From Octopus sinensis (lineage: Eukaryota): DNA of 64,000 nucleotides. Where the stretch lies: assembly GCF_006345805.1 (NCBI RefSeq), contig NC_043003.1, positions 37,014,001-37,078,000 on the forward strand, in the 5' to 3' direction. Under the pieces are notes generated by a model. It was not told the DNA's origin. It searched no databases and saw only the letters and a list, made by a program, of their open reading frames with translations. A program made the position numbers and the translations under genes. Shown one piece after another: positions 45,971 to 57,726 of the stretch. The first letter of the stretch is position 1; each line of letters opens with the position of its first letter.

Positions 45971-46163
45971 ATTTATAATTGTTAAATTTCTAAATTTATA
46001 TAAATTATTTTATGTATTGGCTTAAGTCTTTCTTTGTTTGATTTGCATAATAGTGGTTTTGTCTCTAATTTAATATAATATAATATTTTACTATAAAATT
46101 GGATTCAATCCTAAATCTGATTTTTCCCTGTAAATTTGGATTTATTCCCTAATATTTATTATT

Positions 46164-46205
<42 letters not shown>

Positions 46206-46252
46206 CATACATACATACATACATACATACATACATACATACAACACAAAGC

Positions 46253-46291
<39 letters not shown>

Positions 46292-46674
46292 CGCACACAG
46301 AAAATGTGTGTCACTGACAAACGGACGCGTCAATATAGATATGGTAAGTTTTCGATTACCAAGAAGAAAACATGAATTGGGGTAGCCTTCAGTCTTTACA
46401 TTGAGAGGACTTCCTTCTAAGTATTTGTCTTATCGTAAGGCACGTGTTACGCTCATAACTTTTGGAGCAAATATCGTATCAGCTTTACCGCACTAATGCC
46501 GTAAATTCGAAACATCGTAACCAAAACAATCATAAGACATGTGTGTATGTATGCATGCATGTATGTATATATGCATGCATGTATGTATGCATGCATATGT
46601 ATGTATGTATGTATGTATGTATGTGTTTGTATATGTGTGTATGCATGTATGTCAGGGTTTTTTTTATACATTTT

Positions 46675-47037
46675 AAGCGCAAGCCTGGCTGTGTCATAAG
46701 AAACTTGCTTCCCGACCACACGGTACAGGGTTTAGTCTCACAGCGTGGCACCTTGACCAATTGCTTTATAGCCTCAGGCATACCAAAGTTTTGAGTGGGT
46801 TTGGTACACGGAAACTAAAAGAAGCCCGTTGTGTGTGTGTGTGAGACCATCGGTTGACAACCGGTGTTGGTGTGTTTACGTCCCTGTAACTAAGCGATTC
46901 GGCAAAAGTGACCGATAGAATAAGTACCATGTTTGACAATAACATAAGTACTGGGGCCGATTCATTCGACGAAGATAAATATTTCAAGGCGTTATCTCAG
47001 CATGGTCGCTGTCTAATGATTGAAACAAGTAAAAGAT
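46675..47037 (+). mobile_element. SINE family B, full length and diverged
   Basis: Both halves are present with a short (TG)n spacer. Confidence 0.85.
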
Positions 47038-47868
47038 AGCAGATAAAACGATAGAAAGAGAGAGATACATACATATTCACATACATAGATACATACATAC
47101 AGATCTGATTGCTAGATAGATACGTACATACATATTTATAGACATAGGTATAATAAATGCGAATGTTAATGTGTCAGTGTGTCACACTTTTTCAGCTTTA
47201 CTTCTAGAGACCGTAGCCCAACATATCATACCATTTTGGAATCAGGTTGACTCCTTGAGTAAATTGATAATATTCCCGGCCGAATCCGGACCCGCAATCC
47301 TGAAATTTTCATTATTGCGATTGTTTTCGTCGATTTTTACGTGATTTTTTGCGACGAATTTTTATTCCGAAAAAACTTTTTCCTCTCCCGAAATGCAATT
47401 CGTAAAAGTTTGCCATTTATCCGGATGTAATATAATGTAAACCTCACCCATGTGCTTCGTTTGATGTTGATCAGTAGCTGATCGGCTTAAGCGGGGCAGG
47501 GTCGTTGTTTATTTATAATACATTCAGGCCTGCTGATGATTACGTAAGTATGAAATCACTGTGATACAGGTCTATATTTTAAATGTCTTACTTTGAAAAA
47601 TTGCATTCGGTGGGATTAGTAAATTTTTGGTATAAATGACTAAATTGTCCCTCTTAGCGTTTGGCATGTAAGTATAATGCCTTCTGGCATGTATGTATAA
47701 TGCCCTCTATATATAAATTAATATGTTCAATAAGAAATAATTATTTCGAAATTTTTTCTCTTATGAGGTTTTTACGCTATCTACCTGACAATTTCTTGTT
47801 AAGTTTTCCCTTATTAAGTAGTTGTCCTTAATTGCTATATATATATAATATATATATATATATAAATA

Positions 47869-48240
47869 TATTAGAGACAAAACCACTATTTTGCAAAACA
47901 AACAAGGAAAGACTTAATCAATACATAAAATTTTAATAAATAGTCAAAAAAAACCGCCACTACAATTGTTCTCTTGTCTTGATCGACATCTTCAGGTGGA
48001 CTTCGAACTGACTTATTGGAAGTCCACCTGAAGATTGTCGATCAAGACAAGAAACAATTGTAGTGGTGGGTTTTTTTGACTATTTATTAAAATTTTATGT
48101 ATTGATTAAGTCTTTCCTTGTTTGTTTTGCAAAATAGTGGTTTTGTCTCTAATAATATTTTATAATATTTTACTATAAATTGGATTTAATCCTAAATCTG
48201 ATTTTTTCCCTGTAAATTTGGATTTTCCCTAATATTTATT
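47869..48240 (+). mobile_element. (TA)n-embedded fold-back element: 136-bp arms (47869-48004 and 48019-48154) plus tail
   Basis: Inverted arms. The tail aatcctaaatctgattttt...ccctgtaaatttggattt is shared with 46077-46162. Confidence 0.92.
48024..48066 (+). ncRNA. Minimal type I hammerhead ribozyme
   Basis: ccac CTGAAGA ttgtc gatcaa gacaa GAAAC aatt GTA gtgg. A slightly damaged antisense copy lies at 47957-47999. Confidence 0.88.
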
Positions 48241-48262
48241 ATATATATATATATATATATAT

Positions 48263-48593
48263 ATACAAGTAATGAGAGTCTACATGTGGTCACTCTAACG
48301 CTAGATATAGATCCACGAAGGGAGTCCACCACTAAAGAATTGTTCTCAAGAATTAGTTCAACGCGCCAAGAATGCTTACATTCTTGGTGCGTTGAACTAA
48401 TTCTTGAGAACAATTCTTTAGTGGTGATTCCATTCGTGGATCTATATCTAGCGTTAGAGTGACCACATGTGGACTCTCTCTCATTACTTGTATTAATAAT
48501 TTTTACTGTATCCCAGTTTTTTATACGCTAGGCCACTTGGTGTTTTAAATTGATGTTAGTAATTAATATTCAATTTTTTTCACCCTTATGTGA

Positions 48594-48600
<7 letters not shown>
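48263..48600. mobile_element. (TA)n-embedded fold-back element: ~112-bp arms, 4-nt loop, plus tail
   Basis: 48263-48374 is the reverse complement of 48379-48493. A unique tail runs to ~48600. Confidence 0.88.
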
Positions 48601-48660
<60 letters not shown>

Positions 48661-49154
48661 CACAGATGAAATCCATAGATTCTTCGTATACACGACACTT
48701 TGTAATGCTTAAAAGATTCAAACTTAGGCTCCGATGGGATCGATTCCACAAGGTAAAGAAAGGCTATAAGAGGGATCAAACTGAACAGGTATAGAGTCAA
48801 TTATGCGGGTAAACAAATCAGACACATTAAATATATCTAAAAATTTATAGTTTGGGTATGAAATATAAAATATTATATATGTATACATGTAAAACGAGAG
48901 AAAGCGAATGATGGAAACTTTCAGATGAGGAATTTTGAGTCTGAATACATAGATACTTATATTAATCGGTCAATCTTACACAGAGTACAAACAGCAAAGA
49001 AAATTCAAGCGATGGAAAAAAGGTACCCGTTTTGTAAGCGATAGTTTCCTGTCATCTGTAAAAATAAAGGAAGCAGAATAGTTCACTGATTAGCGTGTGG
49101 ATTGTATCCCTTTGCTTCAGTTGTTTAACAGTTTACAGTAGATTTTCCGTTTAT

Positions 49155-49580
49155 CGTCATCTGATGCAACTTCGAACATCATCAGTTATGTTTCTTAGGA
49201 TTATTAGGTGTTTGGTGTCTTTCAACATCAGATACACTTACCCATGTGATCTAATCGGGGTTAATCAAGCCAGCCCCAACTTGGTTCTAGTTAGTCTAAC
49301 CCTTTGTAGCACTGTCCGTTCCAGGGCTCGTAACCTCTCTTGCTTCCAAAAAACAACCTGATTGCTTCCTGCCTTCTACCTCCTGGCCACCGTAATTCCA
49401 AGCATGCTGTAACCTCTGGTCTGCAACCTTCTGCACCCCACCTTGATGGGATCGCCTCTTGCTTGCCACCAATTGCTTAGGTATAACTCCACGAGCTCTG
49501 CATATATCCTTCTCTTGCTCTCGTTAGTCTCCTTGATGCGGTCCTCCTCGAGAACAGAGAGCTCTAACAGAGCCATTTAT
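49155..49580 (-). mobile_element. 3' end of a restriction-like-endonuclease non-LTR retrotransposon (Hero-like)
   Basis: LLELSVLEEDRIKETNESKRRIYAELVE...WQARGDPIKVGCR matches the RLE pattern ELTVPWE..IEEAHERK..KY..LV....GW.....VEVGCRG. A structured 3' UTR follows. Confidence 0.7.
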
Positions 49581-49845
49581 TTAGATGCTTCACTGATGTT
49601 GAATAAACTTTGAAAATGATCACAGATGACTATCTGCACAATACTACTCAGTGTAAATGATGAAAGTTAGTCTAAACTAAGATAGGTTCATTCGGATCAA
49701 AGTCGAGCAGATCGAGAATCGTATGTAAAGTCACAAATATGTTAGTATGGTTTATAACTGTAAGACTTAACTGTAGACGTGACTACATAAAAATGCATAT
49801 TAAAAACAGAGTAACATGCCACTGATTTGGTTTAGTGCTTCTGCA

Positions 49846-50066
49846 TACGAGGGACTGCCGAAAAGTTCCTGGCTTTAAGCGAGTCGTGAAAGGCCTGGTT
49901 GGAGGCTTACCCTTCCGAGTTCTTTTACAGGGCTTAGAAAAACTGAAGGACTGCTGCAATAGGTGTGTGAATCTGAGAGGGGAATATGATGAATAAATTC
50001 ATGATTAACTGATTCGCCTGTATTTTCTTTTACGTAAAGCCGGGAGCTTTTCAGAGCCTTCCCGTA
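49846..50066 (+). mobile_element. Mariner-derived MITE
   Basis: TIRs tacgagggactgccgaaaagttcctggcttta and taaagccgggagcttttcagagccttcccgta. It retains the transposase C-terminus LQGLEKLKDCCNRCVNLRGEYDE*. Confidence 0.85.
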
Positions 50067-50459
50067 TAGTTAATAGAGTCAGGATGTGCGTTTCCAAATT
50101 GTTCAATGGAAAGTTATTTAAGAGGTAAACCATACCAAAAAACTCCTATTCTATACTTCAATACTTTTACGAACTCTTGATGCCGTTCACTGTAATGCTT
50201 CTTCTTTATGCATAATTAACATTGTCCTGGCAGTTTGTGAATGATCTACTCATCTCTAGCATCTTACATATTTCGTACCTGATGTTATTTTAGACACCGG
50301 ATGTAATTAGACAAGGCTGTGGCACTTCTCAGATACATATGTGTACATGTTACTATGTAAGTGAATACATGTGTATCTCTTAGTATGCACATGTATACAT
50401 ATGCATGAATATGCTTGTGTGCATATATATGTGTTCGTAAAGCATGCATATTAATGCGT

Positions 50460-50462
50460 TTG

Positions 50463-50497
<35 letters not shown>

Positions 50498-51097
50498 GCG
50501 TATGTATATATATATATGTGTGTGCTGTAATGTATATATATATATGTACACATAAATTATACATATATATGTAATATAAGCATATACATATACATACATA
50601 CATACATACATATATATATATATATATGTACACATAAATTATACATATATATGTAATATAAGCATATACATATACATACATACATACATATATATATATA
50701 TATACTTATACATACACACATATATATGCCAAATACCTACATATATATATGTGTGTGCTGTAATGTATATATATATGAACACACATGCATATGTGATCAT
50801 ATATATATATGCACACACACATATATGTATATATATATATGTACACATAAATTATACATATATATGTAATATAAGCATATACATATACATACATACATAT
50901 ATATATATATACTTATACATACACACATATATATGCGCAAATACCTACATATATATATATGTGTGTGCTGTAATGTATATATATATGAACACACATGCAT
51001 ATGTGATCATATATATATATATACGCACACACACACATATATGTATATATATATATATGTGTGTGTGTGTATGTGTGTGTGAGTGTGTGTGTGAGTG
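50460..51097. repeat. TA/CA-derived compound minisatellite with higher-order duplication
   Basis: Blocks gtgtgctgtaatgt and gtacacataaattatacatatatatgtaatataagc each occur three times. Confidence 0.85.
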
Positions 51098-51592
51098 TGA
51101 AATAATATTTGTTTAATGAGGTAAAATCTGAAAATATACAGAACATTTTATAAACAACAATACAAAACTAAATGAAACTATAAATTTGCTCTATAGTTTA
51201 TATATTATCTCAGTGTTTTTCCTCATTTTACGTCTTTATTTTGAAAATATTTAAATTTCAGTTTATATATCAAAACTTAAGTATATGCACAGTCATTCGC
51301 AGGAAGCAACGGTTTATGTATATCTCGCATCATATTGATTTAATATAGATGGTACAACACGTCATTTCATTTTAATAACAATAAAAAAAAAGATGTAGTT
51401 TTTCATCTCTACTTTTGATATTCACACACATATACTAAGCTTTCTAAGCTAGAAGATACCATAATAGAATATTAAATGCAGAACACGCATAAAAAGAGGC
51501 AGTATGCTGTCAACCAAAAGATACAGGTAGATGTGTAAGTGTGTGTGTATCGATAAAGAAAGAGAGAGAGAGACAGAGGTGTGTGTATGCCT

Positions 51593-51725
51593 TACTTGCT
51601 GTAGCCATTAGACTGCGGCCATGCTGGGGCACCGCCATGAAGGGTTTTAGTTGAGCATAGTTTTGTTTTAAAGCCTGGTATTTTTCTATTGACCTCTAAG
51701 CTACAATGATGTAAACAAACTAGCA
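51593..51725 (-). mobile_element. SINE family B, 3' fragment
   Basis: cattagactgcggccatgctggggcaccgcc. Confidence 0.75.
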
Positions 51726-51840
51726 CAAAACACGCGCGCGTACGCACACATGCATGCAAACACAGACACACACAAATGCGCAAACATACATATAGAGATA
51801 GTAGACAGATAGAAAGTAGACAGACAGATAAATAAGTATG

Positions 51841-51905
<65 letters not shown>

Positions 51906-51951
51906 TTGATGGTGCAAAGAGGGGAAATAGAGCTGTATACTAGGAAGTACA

Positions 51952-51992
<41 letters not shown>

Positions 51993-52553
51993 GGATGTCT
52001 TAGAAATATATTCCGAACATACAATAACAGCCATACAAAAAATCCAATCTACCTCTATCATCAGCTGCCCCACGGATATCACTATTGTTTCGACACCTGG
52101 GCAGTACCATTCAATCCGGTGATGTCAACAGCACTAAAATAGGTGTTGTTTGGGTACAAACATACCTTAGGTATCATTAGGTATCACCACATTCATTCAA
52201 TCTTAACACTAGGAAGGATGGATTAAACACTAACATTATTAAACTACAACAAAAAAAAAACACATTTATCCTACGTACAAAAGCAGCATCGGTAAATAAA
52301 ATCAATAAGTAAATCTATAACTAACTCCAAAATCATCTAACTAAATAGCAACCTAGCCCTTGGGGTGAGTGGACAAACGAAAGAAAGGCACTCGACCAAT
52401 TTATTGGGAGTTACATGTAAGAGATCAAAACAGTTTGATTCAACTTCGTTTGTACTCTTGAGTTTCAAGCATGATGGCAGATGACTAACATCATGCTTGA
52501 AACTCAAGGGTACCAACGAATTTGAATCAAACTGTATTGATCCATATATAGAG

Positions 52554-52614
<61 letters not shown>

Positions 52615-52616
52615 CA

Positions 52617-52648
<32 letters not shown>

Positions 52649-52806
52649 CGTATATATATGTGTATATGCGTATACATGTGGATAAGTGTATATACATATG
52701 CATGCACATGCCCCACACACACATACACACACGTGTAGTGCCCTAGCATAGCCACAGACTTAGGGTTGAAACACGTAACAGAATATACATACATACATAC
52801 ATCACA

Positions 52807-52856
<50 letters not shown>

Positions 52857-53134
52857 ATATATATATATCATGGATTTTTTTGTATCCGAAATAACTTCCC
52901 TTTCATCATGAACATGTTTTTTTCAGAAATCACCTTTGCCCATTACTTTTCTCTTAACCTAGGACCCTCTCTATATTTTAGTTATTGCTCTGATAGGGGC
53001 CATTTGTTTCCAAATGCCTATTGCAGATGGACATTCTCTCCTCTCTTCCTCTCACACCTACTTCCTCCCACCCACCTCTCCTCACATACATACATACATA
53101 GATACATACATGTGTGTGTGTGTGTGTCTGTGTG

Positions 53135-53195
<61 letters not shown>

Positions 53196-55115
53196 TGTCT
53201 TCATAGAAATCTATATTAAACTGGCATATATTACTCTCATCAACAGAATTACTAGGATTTTTATGTGGGTATTTTGATAGTTTCGAAATGGTATTTCCGA
53301 TTCTATGCACCGGTAAATTTTATTGGTCAAATACGACGTGGAAGAAGGAGTGAGTCTATTTATTTTCTTTGCTTTGATATATAAATTTTTTGCGCTCTAC
53401 TCATTTTCGTTTCATTAATTTCATTCGTTTCATTAATTTTTACACCTCGAACTAATTGAATTTAGGAATGATCTTTATTTTTCATATATAAGATAATTTG
53501 CTTTCGTTAACTTAAAAATATTTTCTAAGAGTGGTGATTTGATGTAGACATTAATGTTACTGAAAAAATACATATTAGAGTATTTACTTACCTCAACAGA
53601 AGTGACTTAGCTTTAATTCTCCCCGTAGTCGATGAAATAAACGGCAACATGATACTGCAGGCCATTATAATCATTTAGCATCCCGTCCTTCAATAGTCGC
53701 ACTTGAATCTGATGAGAAAATGAATTTAGACATTTTTATCCCATTAGGTACATTAGTGAAAGATATATTCAAGAAACCACAACACCTGTATTTACAGTAA
53801 AAGGATATGCATTCTATGGGATATTTTAGTATCGTCGGTTCTCCTTCGAGTTTCTCTCTTTATATATATATATATATATATTTCTCTCTCTCTCTTTTTC
53901 TTTCTCCGTCTCTCTCTTCTTCTCTCTCTCTCTCTCTTTCTCTCACATAGACACAAACACTCTCTTTCTCTCCTTCTCTCACGACCTTCCTACCGCTATC
54001 TATATATGTATATATATATATATATATATATAACTATACACATATACAGATATATGTACATACGTACACACACACACACATATTCAAGCATATGTGTGCG
54101 TATGTGTGTGTGAGTATGTATGTATTATATGTGCATACATGTATGTATGTGTATATGTGAGTGTGTCTATGTATGTACATATGCATGTATATGTGCTTGT
54201 CTTATTACCAATGTCTGTACAGAAATAAGTTCAACGCTCGATATGAGATATGTGTACTTTATCATATATAAACGCATTTTTCGTTTTCCTACGAAGAAAT
54301 CTTACAGCTAAAAACACAAATCAAAAAAAAAATGTTAATGTTGCTAAAATATATTGCGAATTACAAGATAGTCTTACCGAAATTTACTGGAGTATCATCA
54401 GCTTGAACGTAACTGTAATATCGATTTAATTTGAATACAAATACCTTGTATAATATATTTAATTCGGTTTTAGGGGATATCTGCCGCAGACTTAAGACTA
54501 TATGCCCGATGAAAATTACAGCACTGTGGCGCCATTATTCGTTATATGAATTAACAAATACTGTAAATATGATATTTATACTCAATGTCACGATGACTCT
54601 CACATGGGTTCATTATATATACGTTTATATATATAAATATATTTATATATATATATATATAGAGAGAGAGAGGGGGGAAGAGGAGGGGAGGGGGAGACTG
54701 AGGTATATAGATTTGCAAAGAGCGCTACCTGATAAAAAAAATCGATTTTCAACAATATCAAGAAATTGATGTATGTGTGCGTGTGTGTGTGCGTGTGTGT
54801 GTGCGTGTGTGTGTGCGTGTGCGCGCGCTTGTGGCTTTATGTATGCGTGTGCTTATGTATATGAATGTAAATATATATATATATATGTATGTATGTATAT
54901 ATATACACCCATATGTAAACGTATATATGATTATATACAAATATAGAAGTATACATATATATATAATATAAATGCATATATGTATATATGCTAATGTTTA
55001 TGTTTATCATACACACGTCGATGCACAGACATATATATATATATAATATATATTCGTGCTTGTGTATATGTATGTGTGTGTGTGAGAGAGAGAGAGAGAG
55101 AGTGTGTGTGTGTGT

Positions 55116-55161
<46 letters not shown>

Positions 55162-55519
55162 TGGGCATGAGCGTGCAGCCATTCAGCATCCAGAGAGTAC
55201 TCAATGACTACACAGAAACTTGAGGGGAATTGAATAATTTATCTGCAGATCAAAAAACAGGTCGAAATACTTGCAAGGGAGTAAACCTTGCTAAATTCAT
55301 ACAAGAACAAATCCTGTAGTGTTGGCAGATCGCAAAACGCAAAGAGCAGAGGGAAATTCCACGATGCATTATGTCGTCATTCTAAAACCTAAATTAGAGA
55401 ATGTTAGGCATCGGCTTTGGGCATTAATGGCCGTTTAATTAATGGGTAATTATTCGTGATACTTAGTTTATGTCGCATGTTATCCCCTCCTACGCAGTAA
55501 AGTATATATAAAGAACAGA

Positions 55520-56850
55520 GTGCAACTAGAAAATTTGTACAAGTCTCAGAAAGTAGACTTGCAAAAAGAATTCAGGAGGATTAAAGACACTTGGTGGAGA
55601 AAATTGTCTGAGGAAGTACAGGCGGCCTATGACAGGAAAGACATTAAAAGTTTTTATACTTTATTGCAGCAAGCTTTTGGACCCCAATCTTCACCATATG
55701 TTTCCTTGAAGTCAAAAGATGGAAATGAGGAACTACACAGAAACATGTAAGTTCAGGTAGTCTTTAATGGTGAGCTATCTTGTGAATTTTCGGTGGACAA
55801 CGGTGTCAAACATGGAGATATTCCTGCACCTACACTTTTGCCTATTTATTTTGCTGCATTGCTTTGGTATGCTTTCAAGGGTTGCAATAGGGGAGTCAGA
55901 ACCAGATTTCAGACATCTTGTCTCAAATGAAATGGGCTGGACATGTTATTACAAAGAAAGATGAGCAGTTACCAAAGCGTCTTTTTTATGGTGATCTCAA
56001 GTCTGGTAAGCGACCACAACATAAGCCGAGGAAAAGGTGTAAAGACTGTATGAAGAAAACCCGAAGAAACTAGATCTGAACAAATGTGATAGGGAAATTG
56101 ATGTTCTGGATCGGAACAAGTGGAGAGGTACTATTAGGACTGGTTGCAGTTCCTGGGAGGAAAAATCTGACCCGGTTTAACTGCAAAGCAAAATACTTGT
56201 AAGAGAATTACTCCACGCTAATGATCCTGATTTGTTGGTACACTCAGACGTGGATATGCAACATTTAATGGACAGAGTTGGCACTGCATGTGTACATTTC
56301 GGACTCACAATTAATCTTGAGAAAACCAAAGGAATGTTTACTCCTCTGACTGGACAAACATTTACTGATACACGCCTTCTTGCGAATGGAACAAGGTTAG
56401 AAGTCGTTGATACTTTTATTTACCTTGGAAGCACACCGTCAAGAGATTGTGGTCTTGATGTAGAGATATACTATCGAATAGGGAAGGGAAGTGCTGTATT
56501 TGGAAAGCTCGAAAAGTGAGTATGCGCAGATACAGGTATTTCCCTGCAGACAAAAATCAGTGTGTATAAAACGTGTGTATTGACTGCACTTCTTTATTCG
56601 AGTGAGACGTGGACAACTTACAGGCGTCATATGAAAATACTGGAGAGATTTCATCAAAAGTGCCTAAGAAGTATCTTAGGAGTCAAGTTGGAATGTTCCA
56701 TACCAGAATGTTTCATGCTCATGGCATGTTGTAGCTCAGTTGAACAACATGTTATCTTGGCTCAAATGAAATGGGCTGGATATGATATTACAATGAAAGA
56801 TGAGCAGTTGCCAAAGCGTCTTTTACTATGGTGAGCTCTGGTAAGTGGCC
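55520..56850 (+). mobile_element. RTE-clade LINE remnant, degenerate and rearranged
   Basis: Motifs NGVKHGDIPAPTL, ELLHAND (cf. LFADD), FGLTINLEKTK, FIYLGS, VYKTCVLTALLYSSETWT, LERFHQKCLRSILGV and QMKWAG...DEQLPKRL. Confidence 0.88.
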
Positions 56851-56945
56851 ATAACATAAGCCGGTACGCGGTGGCCACAACATAAGCCGTACCAAGCCCG
56901 TACGCGATGATGTCTATCTTTATGTGTATATATATATATATATTT

Positions 56946-57022
56946 TCCCCTGATGAAGGAGGTATTACCTGGATGCACCCTAGTGCTTTAAACATAATAC
57001 ACCCCTGAAATGGCCATAGGGA
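56946..57022 (+). ncRNA. Type I hammerhead ribozyme from a second, unrelated family
   Basis: tccc CTGATGA agg-aggtatta...taatac-acccct GAAA t ggcc a TA ggga. Stem I is tccc/ggga, the stem III loop GGCC is palindromic and the triplet is AUA. It directly follows (TA)n. Confidence 0.82.
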
Positions 57023-57568
57023 TAAGTAAATATGGTTCCCTTTTTAACTATAAGGCTTCTTTTACTTGAATAATTATTTAATAAGATTTCTAAACGATGA
57101 ACTTTTATTTTATTTACATGATATATATTATAATTTTTATATGCTCCTATATGTATATATATTTTATATATTTTTATATACCTATATATTTTTATATATT
57201 ACTTTATATTATATTTTTACTTTCTAGGTGTTGTAATGTTTTAAAAAAAAAAATGTATTTTTCTGAATCGCTAAAGTATTAACTCTAAACTGTGGAAAAA
57301 AAAAAAAATTTTTCTCGCACCTTATTATTATTATTATTATTATATGCTTGTATGCTTGTATAGATGAATTATGTTCCATCTTGCGAGATGTTTATATGTA
57401 TATTCTATGATTAAATGTTCGAATTATGAAATGATATGCGGATGACCTTGCATTTGTTTGTTCAATAACTTTAGTTTGATATTTTTGTCTCTTTCAATAG
57501 AGCACTTCTATAGCAGTCCTATTAATCTTTTTGTACCTGACAAGAAACAATCACTGTATTATCGATAT

Positions 57569-57667
<99 letters not shown>

Positions 57668-57672
57668 TATAT

Positions 57673-57726
<54 letters not shown>

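Larger units (their letters stand above)
45453..46162 (+). mobile_element. (TA)n-embedded fold-back element: ~250-bp inverted arms (45453-45701 and 45827-46076) plus tail
   Basis: Near-perfect reverse-complement arms. It belongs to the same family as 47869-48240. Confidence 0.92.

Noticed and set aside
47148-47700. Possible non-autonomous Helitron/Helentron-like element
   Set aside because: Only a vague resemblance at the 5' end, with no terminus or second copy visible.
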